Notes under the pieces: generated by a model | Told to the model about the DNA's origin: nothing | The model's input: the letters and a program-made list of their open reading frames with translations, nothing else | Database searches by the model: none | Position numbers and translations under genes: made by a program | Assembly: GCA_018027755.1 (NCBI GenBank) | Contig: GCA_018027755.1_4098.1 | From: a phage | Reading direction: 5' to 3' (one strand) | DNA: 64,000 nucleotides | Part shown: positions 9,167 through 19,707 of the stretch, in pieces | Layout: the number at the start of each line of letters is the position of its first letter | How positions within the stretch are numbered: position 1 is the stretch's first letter

Positions 9167-10357
9167 TTACAATTGTCTAGGTGTATCCAGAACATATCTA
9201 TTTGTTTTAGGACCACCATCATCATAAGTTCCGGTTGAATATATATTTTTCATATCAGCAGTTAGGAAAGTACGTAACGACCCTCGATATATTTTTATTT
9301 TATCATACATAGAATATGTTATTTCTGACGGCAATGGACATGCAGTAAATTTACCAATGGTAACATTAGAACCAACACCCAATGAACCAGCATAACTACT
9401 CGCATTTAAACCTGTTGCATATACACCAGTACTCGTAACTAGTATACTAGATTGTGCTGGGTATCCAGTATGGATTGAATAATAAGTACCGGGTGGTAAT
9501 GTAGCACTATTATTTCCTAAAACTCCATTAACAGTGCTAGATGTAGTTTTATTTCCCCATGCCCCATTATTAGCGTTACCACCTACTAGGAACTGACGTG
9601 CTCCTGTACTTGGATTCTCTACTAAAGCACTGACAGCACCAAATGAACAAACAGTATATTGTAATGTTTTTGTATATGTGGTACTTGGCTTATACAAAGT
9701 ATATTCATTAAATGGTGTCCATGTGGTACTAGTACTTATGCCAGATGTACTACCACCAATATATAAATTATTTTGTGTATCAAAAAACATTGCACAGTAA
9801 TTTGTTGACTGTATTTGTGCAATATCTACATCTGGTGTTACCGCTTTAACAAATGAACCATCTGATATTTGATAAGTAGTTCCTGTACCATCTGCGAATT
9901 GTCTAGCACTATTCCACCCTGTACTCCATATTGTATTATTATCCATTAAGAAAGTAAACCATGTAGTACCTGCATACATCTGTTTAATTGAAGTACTTGA
10001 ACTTTGTTTGTACAATTTTTCAATATATTGGTTATAACTTAAAAATGATGTAGTACTAGTTTCTAAACCAATATGACTACCATATCCACAATAAAAATAA
10101 TTTAAGTCCTTATCTTGAACTAACAAAGTTCCTTGTGTCATCCAGCAATCTTTGACATTTTCTCTAATTAATGTCCACGACCTTACTGCATTATTATTTC
10201 CTCTACCAAACTTCCCAAAACTATTACTGCCTCGTGCGTATAGTTGACCGTCGGTATAAAGTACAACAACCTCAGTATCAGTTGGTATTATTTTCTTAAT
10301 TTGTAGTGGTACAGGCACAATATTCCCATAATTCATCATTCTTGCAAAAGGTAACAT
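9167..10357 (-). CDS. MLPF-leader RCC1-like beta-propeller repeat protein (396 aa)
   Basis: ORF track; leader MLPFARMMNYGN; body near-identical to 13612..14802. Confidence 0.75.
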   Translation of the reverse strand: MLPFARMMNYGNIVPVPLQIKKIIPTDTEVVVLYTDGQLYARGSNSFGKFGRGNNNAVRSWTLIRENVKDCWMTQGTLLVQDKDLNYFYCGYGSHIGLETSTTSFLSYNQYIEKLYKQSSSTSIKQMYAGTTWFTFLMDNNTIWSTGWNSARQFADGTGTTYQISDGSFVKAVTPDVDIAQIQSTNYCAMFFDTQNNLYIGGSTSGISTSTTWTPFNEYTLYKPSTTYTKTLQYTVCSFGAVSALVENPSTGARQFLVGGNANNGAWGNKTTSSTVNGVLGNNSATLPPGTYYSIHTGYPAQSSILVTSTGVYATGLNASSYAGSLGVGSNVTIGKFTACPLPSEITYSMYDKIKIYRGSLRTFLTADMKNIYSTGTYDDGGPKTNRYVLDTPRQL

Positions 10358-10436
10358 AATTCCCCTCCTTATTCATTATACTATATTTAATACAAATAAG
10401 AAAGCCAGTATCAAGTACTGGCATAGTTTTATAGTA
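10358..10436 (-). promoter_or_regulatory. array cassette boundary
   Basis: Conserved cassette. Confidence 0.55.
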
Positions 10437-11546
10437 TCATTTCGGCATTGTAATTGCAGACCATGAGTTCGTGGTAATAGGACCTGGCACATACAAAAAA
10501 GAACCACAAGCATAAATTTGATTATTACCATCAAATACTATACTAAAATGTGCACATGTGTATAATGCTGATTTTTCTGGGTTGTAATTATCTAAAGTTA
10601 GTGTATTGGTGAATCTACTCAAACCACCACCAGAACCATTTCTACCAAATTCACCAGTACTATATATCTTTCCTTCGGTTGTTGCGTACATATTAACATA
10701 TGAAGTTGCACTTGATTTTGATATTTTATGTATCTTACTATCAATAGTAGTGGAGTTAAATGCAAATGGATATACTTGTGTGTTCGTTGTAATACCGTTA
10801 CCAAGTTGACCAACATACTGCCAACCTGCGTTGTATATATTGCTGGCTGAATAAGCAAGAGTACCAGTACTGTTACCACCAAATAGTTTAACACTTGTTA
10901 ACCTTCTTACTAGTGTAGTATACTGTCCGGGACTTACGCCAAGTGAACCATACCCACTGCTCCCGCAACCGAGAAGTTCATTATTTGATGTTAATATTAA
11001 TGTGTTATTCTGTGTACCCAATATATCAAGGACTGTATTAGCTCCGGTATTAACAACTGAAACAAAAGTACTCTGAGCCGTGGAATACCCACCACCGAGT
11101 GAATAGTTACCATTCATGCCTCTACCATAAACAATCGAACCACTAGCATCAACGTAGTGCATTGTATCTGCACCAATTGATATCATTTTAATATTAGATA
11201 TATGTGGAAATGAAGAAGTAACATTCAAACCACCCAACGGAATCATAGTATTTCCTGTGCCTAATTGTGTGGTAACTCCATGCATTATGAATTCTTCACC
11301 CTTGAGATAAAGAATATTGTACGCACCAGCCCATGCATCAGTAACACCTTCTGAAATTAATATCCAAGTATTTCTTGTTGCTGTATTTTCAACGTTTAAC
11401 TGCAAATACGTATTAACCCCACAACCATAAAGTGAGCCATCGCCATAGAGGACGTACAAATTATCAAGACCGCACAGTACTTTCTTTATCTTTGGAGCTT
11501 CAGGTGCAATATTTCCGTACTTAACCATTCTTGCAAAAGGTAACAT
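10437..11546 (-). CDS. MLPF-leader RCC1-like beta-propeller repeat protein (369 aa)
   Basis: Track ORF trimmed to MLPF ATG; AGGAGTG RBS only 8 nt after upstream gene stop. Confidence 0.7.
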   Translation of the reverse strand: MLPFARMVKYGNIAPEAPKIKKVLCGLDNLYVLYGDGSLYGCGVNTYLQLNVENTATRNTWILISEGVTDAWAGAYNILYLKGEEFIMHGVTTQLGTGNTMIPLGGLNVTSSFPHISNIKMISIGADTMHYVDASGSIVYGRGMNGNYSLGGGYSTAQSTFVSVVNTGANTVLDILGTQNNTLILTSNNELLGCGSSGYGSLGVSPGQYTTLVRRLTSVKLFGGNSTGTLAYSASNIYNAGWQYVGQLGNGITTNTQVYPFAFNSTTIDSKIHKISKSSATSYVNMYATTEGKIYSTGEFGRNGSGGGLSRFTNTLTLDNYNPEKSALYTCAHFSIVFDGNNQIYACGSFLYVPGPITTNSWSAITMPK

Positions 11547-11554
11547 ATTCACTC

Positions 11555-12730
11555 CTATTCTGGTAAAATCATTTTCTTCATTTTAACTTGTTGTGTACCT
11601 GGACTCTGTTCCTGAAACATAGACCCGTTACCACACCAGTACACCTCATTAGTACCCACTAACGCGTATAACACACCAGAACCACCTTGTACTGAAAATG
11701 CATTAACATCTGGTGCAACATCCATATCCTCATATTGTACCTGGTGGTAATAAGATCTTTCTGATGCAGTAGTAACAGGCCAACCAAGAGGAACACCACT
11801 ACCACATGTATAAAGTTTACCATTCTGTGTCATTGCCATTATAAAATAATTCAAACTGTGATTGTTCATCGACCCAGCATCTGGTATAATACCACTAATT
11901 GCAGGAGTGGTACTAAATGGACTCATGATAATAGTAGTGTCGCCATACCCTATTCCTAAACAATAATCAGTGTTTTTTCCAGCAGTATATACATTAATCT
12001 TATTTCTATTGGATGTAAGTACTGAAGTGGTTTCAGGAGTACATGAAATACCAATAACTGTTCCAGATATATCAGTACTTACCGTAAATGTCGAAAGTTT
12101 AGAAGAACCTGACCCTAAGTTGTAACTTGCGTTATTCCCACATCTGTAGTATTGATTATTTTTAACATAATGGAAAGCATCCCCAGCCGTTGTTCCCGCA
12201 ATTATAGTAACTCCAGTAGCAATCTGAATTGGCGTTGTTTTTCTACCAGTAACACCCAATGCACCTCCTGTATTACGCCCAATCCCATATAAGTCCCCAT
12301 TACTTAACAAAATCAATAACGCACCATTTGATGCAGTAGTTTCAGTAGCAGCTATATCTACTACTGTAGTAAGTGCTGGTATTGTAGACAATAAAGATGT
12401 GATATTAGTCCATCCAGGAACTGGTGATGCAGATACACCGACATAACCCATTTGACCAGCTAAGTAAAATTCTCCGTCAGTCGTAAGTATAATTGTTGCT
12501 GCAAAGAAGCACCAAACATTAGAAACTTTATATGGACACTGTACCCACCCATTTTGCACATACGCAGTGCTATTATTTCCTAGCATATAGTGTGCACCAT
12601 TTCCACGTAGATATAAGTTACCACTATCAAATAACATACCCATATGTGATGGAGATGTACTTATCTTCATAACACCTGAAGGTGCTGGAACTCTGTTTCC
12701 GTACTTAACCATTCTTGCAAAAGGTAACAT
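11555..12730 (-). CDS. MLPF-leader RCC1-like beta-propeller repeat protein (391 aa)
   Basis: Track ORF trimmed to MLPF ATG after AAGGAGG; leader MLPFARMVKYGN. Confidence 0.7.
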   Translation of the reverse strand: MLPFARMVKYGNRVPAPSGVMKISTSPSHMGMLFDSGNLYLRGNGAHYMLGNNSTAYVQNGWVQCPYKVSNVWCFFAATIILTTDGEFYLAGQMGYVGVSASPVPGWTNITSLLSTIPALTTVVDIAATETTASNGALLILLSNGDLYGIGRNTGGALGVTGRKTTPIQIATGVTIIAGTTAGDAFHYVKNNQYYRCGNNASYNLGSGSSKLSTFTVSTDISGTVIGISCTPETTSVLTSNRNKINVYTAGKNTDYCLGIGYGDTTIIMSPFSTTPAISGIIPDAGSMNNHSLNYFIMAMTQNGKLYTCGSGVPLGWPVTTASERSYYHQVQYEDMDVAPDVNAFSVQGGSGVLYALVGTNEVYWCGNGSMFQEQSPGTQQVKMKKMILPE

Positions 12731-12801
12731 ATTTCCTCCTTTATTCATTATACTATATTTAATACAAAAAGAAATGCCAGTATCAAGTACTGGCCTATAT
12801 T
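12731..12801 (-). promoter_or_regulatory. array cassette boundary
   Basis: Conserved cassette. Confidence 0.55.
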
Positions 12802-13539
12802 TTAGACTGAATTGTTAGGATAATATCTCCCACGTCCCCATATTATTCGCACAGCACCACCACCAGCAGCCGTATAAGAAAAATTATCCCATATACTACC
12901 ACCACCACCATACATCTTACCAGCACCACCACTACCAGCACCACCATTATATGAACCATCGTATCTACCGCCAATACCATTAGCACCTTGAACAATGATA
13001 CCAGTACCACCACCCGTACCAATGAACGAGGTATTATAGAATGCACCACCACCACCGCCGCCGCCAGCACCATTTTCACCAGTGATTGCATCTCCGTTAC
13101 CACCTTTACCAGTGTAGCCACCAGCACCACCACCAATGACTGCACCACCACTTACACCAGCGTTGCCCCCATTACCACCACCATCATTAATAGCGTTAGC
13201 AGCTTTCCCACCTAGTCCACCAACCCTATATTCACCAGTGAAGCTAACACATAGTTTTTCAGTTCCACGATATAAACCGTTTTCAACTGCTGTAGTAGTG
13301 TTGGGATGTGTAAGAGAAACACTTAAGTACTCACCACTAGTAACCGGAATATTATTACGCCACGATAAGCCGCCGCCAGCACCACGTTGACCACCCGGCG
13401 AAATAACACATACTGATATTTCGGTAACGCTAGCAGGAACTGTAAATTGTGTTGTTCCTATTGTCGTGATTAATTGTTCACCATGTGGCTTATATTCAAT
13501 TTCATTCCCGTACTTAATCATTCTTCCAAAAGGTAACAT
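12802..13539 (-). CDS. MLPF-leader glycine-rich protein (245 aa)
   Basis: ORF track; leader MLPFGRMIKYGN but body is Gly-rich (runs of GGG/GxG) and unlike the RCC1-like paralogs. Confidence 0.7.
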   Translation of the reverse strand: MLPFGRMIKYGNEIEYKPHGEQLITTIGTTQFTVPASVTEISVCVISPGGQRGAGGGLSWRNNIPVTSGEYLSVSLTHPNTTTAVENGLYRGTEKLCVSFTGEYRVGGLGGKAANAINDGGGNGGNAGVSGGAVIGGGAGGYTGKGGNGDAITGENGAGGGGGGGAFYNTSFIGTGGGTGIIVQGANGIGGRYDGSYNGGAGSGGAGKMYGGGGSIWDNFSYTAAGGGAVRIIWGRGRYYPNNSV

Positions 13540-13611
13540 AATTCCCTCCTTTATTCATTATAATATATTTAATACAAAAAAGAAAAGCCAGTACAAAGTA
13601 CTGGCATTATA
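13540..13611 (-). promoter_or_regulatory. array cassette boundary
   Basis: Conserved cassette. Confidence 0.55.
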
Positions 13612-14802
13612 TTATAACTGTCTTGGAGTATCCAGTACATATCTATTTGTACGAGGACCACCATCATCATCAGTTCCTGTTGAATATATATTTTTCATAT
13701 CAGCAGTTAGGAAAGTACGATACGAACCGCGATATATTTTAATTTTATCATACATAGAATATGTTATTTCTGACGGCAATGGACATGCAGTAAATTTACC
13801 AATGGTAACATTAGAACCAACACCCAATGTGCCAGCATAACTACTCGCATTTAAACCAGTTGCATATACACCTGCACTCGTAACTAGTATACTAGATTGT
13901 GTTGGGTATCCAGTATGAATTGAATACAAAGTACCGGGTGGTAAGGTTGTACTATTATTTCCTAAAACTCCATTAACAGTGCTAGATGTAGTTTTATTTC
14001 CCCATGCTCCATTATTAGCTAATCCACCAACTAGAAACTGACGTGCTCCTGTATTTGGATTCTCCACCAAAGCACTGACTGAACCCATTGAGCATCCAGT
14101 GTATTGTAACGTTTTTGTGTATGTGGTACTTGGCTGATATAAAGTATATTCATTATATAAAGTCCATGTAGTGCTGGAACTTATACCGGATGTACCACCA
14201 CCAATATATAAATTATTTTGTGTATCAAAAAACATTGCACAGCTATTTGTTGACATTATTTGTGCAATATCAACATCTGGTGTTACAGCTTTAACAAATG
14301 AACCATCGGTTATTTGTTGAGTTTTTCCAGTACCATCAGCGAATTGTTTAGCCCCACTCCACCCAGTACTCCATATTGTATTATTATCCATTAAGAAAGT
14401 AAACCATGTAGTACCTGCATACATCTGTTTAATTGAAGTACTTGAACTTTGTTTGTACAATTTTTCAATATATTGGTTATAACTTAAAAATGATGTAGTA
14501 CTAGTTTCTAAACCAATATAACCACCATAGCCACAATAAAAATAATTTAAGTCCTTATCTTGTACTAACAAAGTTCCTTCTGACATCCAACAATCGTTAA
14601 CGTTTTCTCTAATTAATGTCCATGTTCTTAATGCAGTGTTGTTTCCTCTCCCAAACTTCCCAAAACTATTATTGCCTCGTGCGTATAGTTGACCATCAGT
14701 ATAAAGTACAACAACATCACTATTGATTGGTATTATTTTCTTAATTTGAAGAGGCTCAGGTGTAATATTTCCATAATCAAACATTCTAACAAAAGGTAAC
14801 AT
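13612..14802 (-). CDS. MLPF-leader RCC1-like beta-propeller repeat protein (396 aa)
   Basis: Track ORF 13612..14859 trimmed to MLPF ATG; leader MLPFVRMFDYGN; body near-identical to 9167..10357. Confidence 0.75.
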   Translation of the reverse strand: MLPFVRMFDYGNITPEPLQIKKIIPINSDVVVLYTDGQLYARGNNSFGKFGRGNNTALRTWTLIRENVNDCWMSEGTLLVQDKDLNYFYCGYGGYIGLETSTTSFLSYNQYIEKLYKQSSSTSIKQMYAGTTWFTFLMDNNTIWSTGWSGAKQFADGTGKTQQITDGSFVKAVTPDVDIAQIMSTNSCAMFFDTQNNLYIGGGTSGISSSTTWTLYNEYTLYQPSTTYTKTLQYTGCSMGSVSALVENPNTGARQFLVGGLANNGAWGNKTTSSTVNGVLGNNSTTLPPGTLYSIHTGYPTQSSILVTSAGVYATGLNASSYAGTLGVGSNVTIGKFTACPLPSEITYSMYDKIKIYRGSYRTFLTADMKNIYSTGTDDDGGPRTNRYVLDTPRQL

Positions 14803-14873
14803 ATTTCCTCCTTTATTCATTATACTATATTTAATACAAAAAAGAAAAGCCAGTATCAAGTACTGGCCTATAT
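14803..14873 (-). promoter_or_regulatory. array cassette boundary
   Basis: Conserved cassette. Confidence 0.55.
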
Positions 14874-16043
14874 TTAAACTGGCGAATCTAATATAAATTC
14901 TAAACTACTAATGCCACCATATGTGACATCTGTTCCCGTGCTATATACAAAATTACCATCAGTTATATAAGTTCGGTTATAACTACCTGCCATCTGTGAC
15001 TTACTATAATCAAACCCATCAGGTACGATTGCTTTGGTATATACTAATGCATTAGTAGATGTACCAATACCTAACATACCAGCTTGTGTAGATTGATTGT
15101 AGCCGCAACAATATATACCATCTGTTGTAGCAATAACTTGGTTATAATATGAAGTATTGTTAGCAATGCTTACTACATCACCAGGTGGCATTAGTGATGC
15201 TGTTTGTACCTCAAATGCTCTATAATCTTTGAGAGAACCATCTTTCCCATCTGCTTGTGCACCAAATATTCTTGAACCACCATTTGCGATGATAGTTTTA
15301 CCAGTGGGATCAGTGCCTATTGCCATTGCCATTGAAGTACCATTATTCACATAGTACTTTATATTAATTGTATTACTTAAGCTGGTAGGAGCACCATAAT
15401 ATATATTATATAACTTACTTCCTGAACTTGTAACTGCATTGACTCTTCCTGTATAAAATAACCATCCTTGGTTTGTAACATAACCGTGCATTAAATTACT
15501 TGCAAACAATTTAACAGGTAATTGATTTGCTGCGGTAGGAACAGTACTTTTGACGAATCTACCAGAAACATGGTTAATTGTTGTCCCATCACCCAACTGA
15601 CCATCCGACCCTACTCCAGTACTCCATATTGTTTGGTCTGATAGTAACACACTTGTAGTCTGATAACTAACGGCTATATCTAATATTGGTAATGTTAATG
15701 TATTGAATATAGGCATAGCAGATGTCCATATTGATACTCCTGACCCTTTCATACCAACAGTTGTTGAACTTCCACTGTACCATATTTCATTATTGCTTTT
15801 CTTAACAACTATCGACGTGGCTCCCATCCAAAAATCTTCAACACCAGAAGTACTAAAAGTCCATGTAGTAACAGTATTTTTGTGACCTAAACCCAAAATA
15901 CCATATGCATTATCACCACGCACATATAAATCACCACTGTTTGTTAAAACAGCAACATTATAGTTGTTAGCAAGTATTTTTTTAATATTTGGTTTAGCAG
16001 GTGCAATATTCCCGTAATCAAACAATCTCACAAAAGGTAACAT
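14874..16043 (-). CDS. MLPF-leader RCC1-like beta-propeller repeat protein (389 aa)
   Basis: Track ORF trimmed to MLPF ATG; leader MLPFVRLFDYGN; SGDLYVRGDNAYGILGLG repeats. Confidence 0.7.
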   Translation of the reverse strand: MLPFVRLFDYGNIAPAKPNIKKILANNYNVAVLTNSGDLYVRGDNAYGILGLGHKNTVTTWTFSTSGVEDFWMGATSIVVKKSNNEIWYSGSSTTVGMKGSGVSIWTSAMPIFNTLTLPILDIAVSYQTTSVLLSDQTIWSTGVGSDGQLGDGTTINHVSGRFVKSTVPTAANQLPVKLFASNLMHGYVTNQGWLFYTGRVNAVTSSGSKLYNIYYGAPTSLSNTINIKYYVNNGTSMAMAIGTDPTGKTIIANGGSRIFGAQADGKDGSLKDYRAFEVQTASLMPPGDVVSIANNTSYYNQVIATTDGIYCCGYNQSTQAGMLGIGTSTNALVYTKAIVPDGFDYSKSQMAGSYNRTYITDGNFVYSTGTDVTYGGISSLEFILDSPV

Positions 16044-16114
16044 AATTCCTCCTTTATTCATTATACTATATTTACCCCAAAAAGAAATGCCAGTACTTGA
16101 GTACTGGCATTATG
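16044..16114 (-). promoter_or_regulatory. array cassette boundary
   Basis: Conserved cassette. Confidence 0.55.
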
Positions 16115-17224
16115 TTATTTTGGTAAATCAATTTTAGTAAAGACTGCAACATCTGCACTTGCACCTGGAATGGCGTAATACGATCCAGTACTATATACAT
16201 TCCCGTCTTTGGTTAATAATGATGTTAATCCGTCACTAAAAGCAACATCACTAATCTCACTAACTTCTACAGGTAATTGTAAATTAGCAGCACTATAGAT
16301 AGCACCCGTTTGAGAATTGTTTAATCCCAAACCACGGTTTCCCCCAATACCTTTCTGATATGCACTAGTTAATATAATTTGCGTAGCCGTGCTTGTTGCC
16401 TCTGAATTTGTCATAAACAAAGGTGAATTATTAGGTAAAGTACTTACAGGAACTGCTTTGAATGTAGTTGAATCTGAACTAAGAAAGTTTGGAGTTGTAC
16501 CACATGTGAAATATGATGTACCATTATAGTAATTGAGTGTATGTCCACCAATAGCTGCATCTATTACACCAGAACTACGCAGTCCCCAAATGTTAACTTG
16601 TGTTCTGTTCCCTGTGCCATGTAATCCACGGTCATTCCACCCTGAACTATATAACTTATTATCTATGCTAATATACATACTATCATTAGGAGTAGACATA
16701 ACTTTACGCACATTAGAAGCACATAGTGTTAATGTATATATTGATGAAGAACCAATCCCCAATACACCACGGTATCCATTAGCCCCAGCACCATAGAGTA
16801 CTGAACTTGAACTGAGTACAAATATTACACCACCATTGCATACAATATTAGCAATTTGATTCACAGGAATTGTATTTGTAAACCACTCCGTTCTATCAAC
16901 TAATGTAGTACTGTAAGAAGTTGTTGATGATGATGTGAACCAAAATGTTTCACCTGATGTCCATATCGTATTGTCATTTTTAATAATAACAAGTGTTCGT
17001 CCTCCAGTGAAAAAATTAGAAACATCTGCACTTACTAATGTCCAAGAAGATACCGTGTTTTTATTACCATTTCCAGATTCACCACCTTGATTTCTGCCTA
17101 TGTAATACAATTCATGTGAATCAGTCAATACGAATTGACCTTGAGTAGAAGCACCAACTTTAATTATATTTTTAGGACCAGAGGTAATATTCCCATAATC
17201 AAATAGTCTTACAAAAGGTAACAT
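16115..17224 (-). CDS. MLPF-leader RCC1-like beta-propeller repeat protein (369 aa)
   Basis: Track ORF trimmed to MLPF ATG; leader MLPFVRLFDYGN; RBS 8 nt after upstream gene stop. Confidence 0.7.
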   Translation of the reverse strand: MLPFVRLFDYGNITSGPKNIIKVGASTQGQFVLTDSHELYYIGRNQGGESGNGNKNTVSSWTLVSADVSNFFTGGRTLVIIKNDNTIWTSGETFWFTSSSTTSYSTTLVDRTEWFTNTIPVNQIANIVCNGGVIFVLSSSSVLYGAGANGYRGVLGIGSSSIYTLTLCASNVRKVMSTPNDSMYISIDNKLYSSGWNDRGLHGTGNRTQVNIWGLRSSGVIDAAIGGHTLNYYNGTSYFTCGTTPNFLSSDSTTFKAVPVSTLPNNSPLFMTNSEATSTATQIILTSAYQKGIGGNRGLGLNNSQTGAIYSAANLQLPVEVSEISDVAFSDGLTSLLTKDGNVYSTGSYYAIPGASADVAVFTKIDLPK

Positions 17225-17232
17225 AATTCCTC

Positions 17233-18435
17233 CTATTGTTGCCATAACTGCGTTGGCATTAATGTTAGTGTAGTAATACTATAAGTGCCATCAGGCAATC
17301 TACCACCATTACCATTCCAGCCACCACATGCATATAATTTATAATCTTTAGTAATTATTATGGTTCTGCTCCAATCTTTAGATGCCATAAGAACATTGTC
17401 ATAACCACCACTTATTGCATTAAGATTAAAAATATTCCAAGTCCTAACTAATGTATTAGTTCCATTACCTTCTTGACCGTATCCGTTAGCACCACTACTT
17501 CTAACATATGGTGCGTATTGTGCCATAGGTGCACCAATTGATGCATTTCCCATATTACTTGGACAAATAAAAGTACTGTACTTACTTACATCAACCGTGA
17601 CCGATGTGTTCCTAATTGGTGTTAGCTGATTTACCGATGTAGTCGTACCATTACCAGCTTGTCCAGTACTGTTAGCCCCGCTATAATATACAGGCCCACC
17701 AGTAGTAAACCACCAAGTAACATCGTATGTAGTACTAATATGTTCGACATCACTCATCACATATTTGTTCAAATATATCATAGAACTAGCACCACAACCA
17801 CTTTCACCGAAGTTATCCTTACCACAAAACCATGCCTTTTTATTTGATTTAATATAGTGCGTTCCTTGTAATGAACATGCCATATGTGTAACTTCACCCA
17901 TATTAGTCATAACTGTTAGTGTAGGTATGGAATTTTGATTACCAGACCCACATTCACCATTGGTATTTCTTCCACACGCAATTACTCTACCATCGGTTAA
18001 TAATATTCTAGTACTTTCACCTATATATACACTCTTGATCATATTAGCCATAACACCAATTTTATTAAATGAAGCAGTAACATCAGTCCATGTTCTCAAA
18101 TAACCATTAACAGGTGTTGCATCTCCATAATCAGAAAATGCACCAACCGACCCAGTGTAGTATATTTTATTATCCAAATCAATCATCAATGAACCTTGAA
18201 CACCAAGCCAAAAGGCTGCACATCGCGTTGCAAGTACTGTAAATGACGCAACTGCTGCTGAATTCCCAAGACCAAATTGATAAAAGTTATTACTACCATA
18301 ACCATATAAAGTATTAGTTGGGCTATGTAGATACATACAGTTTGTATAATGTTGTTGTAAAACATCTGAGAACTCTACAGGTTCTGGACCTGGTGCAATA
18401 TTTGCGTACTTAACCATTCGTGCAAAAGGTAACAT
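17233..18435 (-). CDS. MLPF-leader RCC1-like beta-propeller repeat protein (400 aa)
   Basis: ORF track; leader MLPFARMVKYAN. Confidence 0.7.
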   Translation of the reverse strand: MLPFARMVKYANIAPGPEPVEFSDVLQQHYTNCMYLHSPTNTLYGYGSNNFYQFGLGNSAAVASFTVLATRCAAFWLGVQGSLMIDLDNKIYYTGSVGAFSDYGDATPVNGYLRTWTDVTASFNKIGVMANMIKSVYIGESTRILLTDGRVIACGRNTNGECGSGNQNSIPTLTVMTNMGEVTHMACSLQGTHYIKSNKKAWFCGKDNFGESGCGASSMIYLNKYVMSDVEHISTTYDVTWWFTTGGPVYYSGANSTGQAGNGTTTSVNQLTPIRNTSVTVDVSKYSTFICPSNMGNASIGAPMAQYAPYVRSSGANGYGQEGNGTNTLVRTWNIFNLNAISGGYDNVLMASKDWSRTIIITKDYKLYACGGWNGNGGRLPDGTYSITTLTLMPTQLWQQ

Positions 18436-18507
18436 ATTTCCCTCCTTTATTCATTATACTATATTTAATACAAAAAGAAATGCCAGTATCAAGTACTGGC
18501 ATAGTAT
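18436..18507 (-). promoter_or_regulatory. array cassette boundary
   Basis: Conserved cassette. Confidence 0.55.
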
Positions 18508-19635
18508 TCAAAAAGGTAAATCAATTTGCTTAGTAATAATAGTATCTAACGGTATTGAACACAATGAGAAATTCTTTCCACCCGTATTTTTAGGATTATA
18601 TCCATTCATCCATACATTATTACCTTCGTAAAATGTATTCCAGTATAAAGACCCACTATATCGTGTATTCGAATTGAACGATGTAAAATTGAATTCTTGA
18701 AATGCTGTAAAATATGGAAGGGAACTTGAACTACTTCCCGTAAATGGGGTATGCCCAGTTGCTATTAGTTTGTTTGTATCTGCATTAATTAAAAATACAA
18801 CACTAGTCGAATAGTCCAACGAATCAGGATGATATATATTACTCATATCACCTATAGTAAAACCAACATCAAAAACTTTACTATGTGCACCACTACCAGC
18901 AAAAGTAGTTCCAGTTGCATATATTTTATTATCAGATGTTATCATTACAAAACCAACACCAGAAACAAAACTGCATTTTATATCATAAGATATATCATCA
19001 AACAACGGAACAAATGTGGTTGCATCACCCGATGTTGCTTTAACTTGAAAGCTGTTATTTGAACCTGAACCATATACAGTTCCATCGTTTTTAATCTTAA
19101 ACAATGTATCGCCAAGGTAACCGCCAAATATATTATCCACATTAGTGTCAAGTACAGTCCACGCTGAAACATAATTTTTATGTCCTAAACCTAATGCACC
19201 ACTTCGATTCCATCCTCTTCCATAAAGTGTTCCGTCTTTCATTAATATAAATGCTGTATAACCACATAACATTTTTTTAATTTGGGTAACATCTATACCA
19301 GTGAAATACACAGCCCAGTCAGTATATCCTTGTTGGAAAGTATTAGAATTCGTGAATGCATATGTTGAACCTGAACCATATATTTTATCACCTTTAATAA
19401 CAACGGAAAACGATCCTAACCATAAGTCATCAACTTCAGTTGTGATTTGTTGAACTGCTCCTAACGATACAAACTTTGTACTTAAACCCGCATTATAGTT
19501 TGAATCTTCACCGTGTGCATATACAGTGCCATCTTGCATTAGAAACATTTCAAGAGTGTAACTAACAACACTTTTCTTTATATTATTAACTTCGATTATA
19601 TTCCCATAATCAAACATTCTAACAAAAGGTAACAT
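18508..19635 (-). CDS. MLPF-leader RCC1-like beta-propeller repeat protein (375 aa)
   Basis: ORF track; leader MLPFVRMFDYGN. Confidence 0.7.
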   Translation of the reverse strand: MLPFVRMFDYGNIIEVNNIKKSVVSYTLEMFLMQDGTVYAHGEDSNYNAGLSTKFVSLGAVQQITTEVDDLWLGSFSVVIKGDKIYGSGSTYAFTNSNTFQQGYTDWAVYFTGIDVTQIKKMLCGYTAFILMKDGTLYGRGWNRSGALGLGHKNYVSAWTVLDTNVDNIFGGYLGDTLFKIKNDGTVYGSGSNNSFQVKATSGDATTFVPLFDDISYDIKCSFVSGVGFVMITSDNKIYATGTTFAGSGAHSKVFDVGFTIGDMSNIYHPDSLDYSTSVVFLINADTNKLIATGHTPFTGSSSSSLPYFTAFQEFNFTSFNSNTRYSGSLYWNTFYEGNNVWMNGYNPKNTGGKNFSLCSIPLDTIITKQIDLPF

Positions 19636-19707
19636 AATTCCCTCCTTTATTCATTATACTTTATTTAATACAAATAAGAATTCCTGTATCGAGTACTGGC
19701 ATTCAAT
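19636..19707 (-). promoter_or_regulatory. array cassette boundary
   Basis: Conserved cassette. Confidence 0.55.

Noticed and set aside
12843-13390. Track ORFs on the opposite strand or in alternate frames inside the glycine-rich gene (12843..13151 -, 12988..13215 +, 13136..13390 +)
   Set aside because: Shadow ORFs produced by GGN/ACC-rich coding sequence; low-complexity translations (V/T/P-rich), no RBS, fully overlapped by a gene with conserved leader and cassette.
13612-14859. Extended N-termini in the ORF track (MILAFLFCIKYSIMNKGGN-, MNKGGN-, MATIGGI- before MLPF)
   Set aside because: These are in-frame read-through of the upstream cassette (AAGGAGG translates as KGG); the AAGGAGG-N5-ATG spacing and leader conservation place the start at MLPF.
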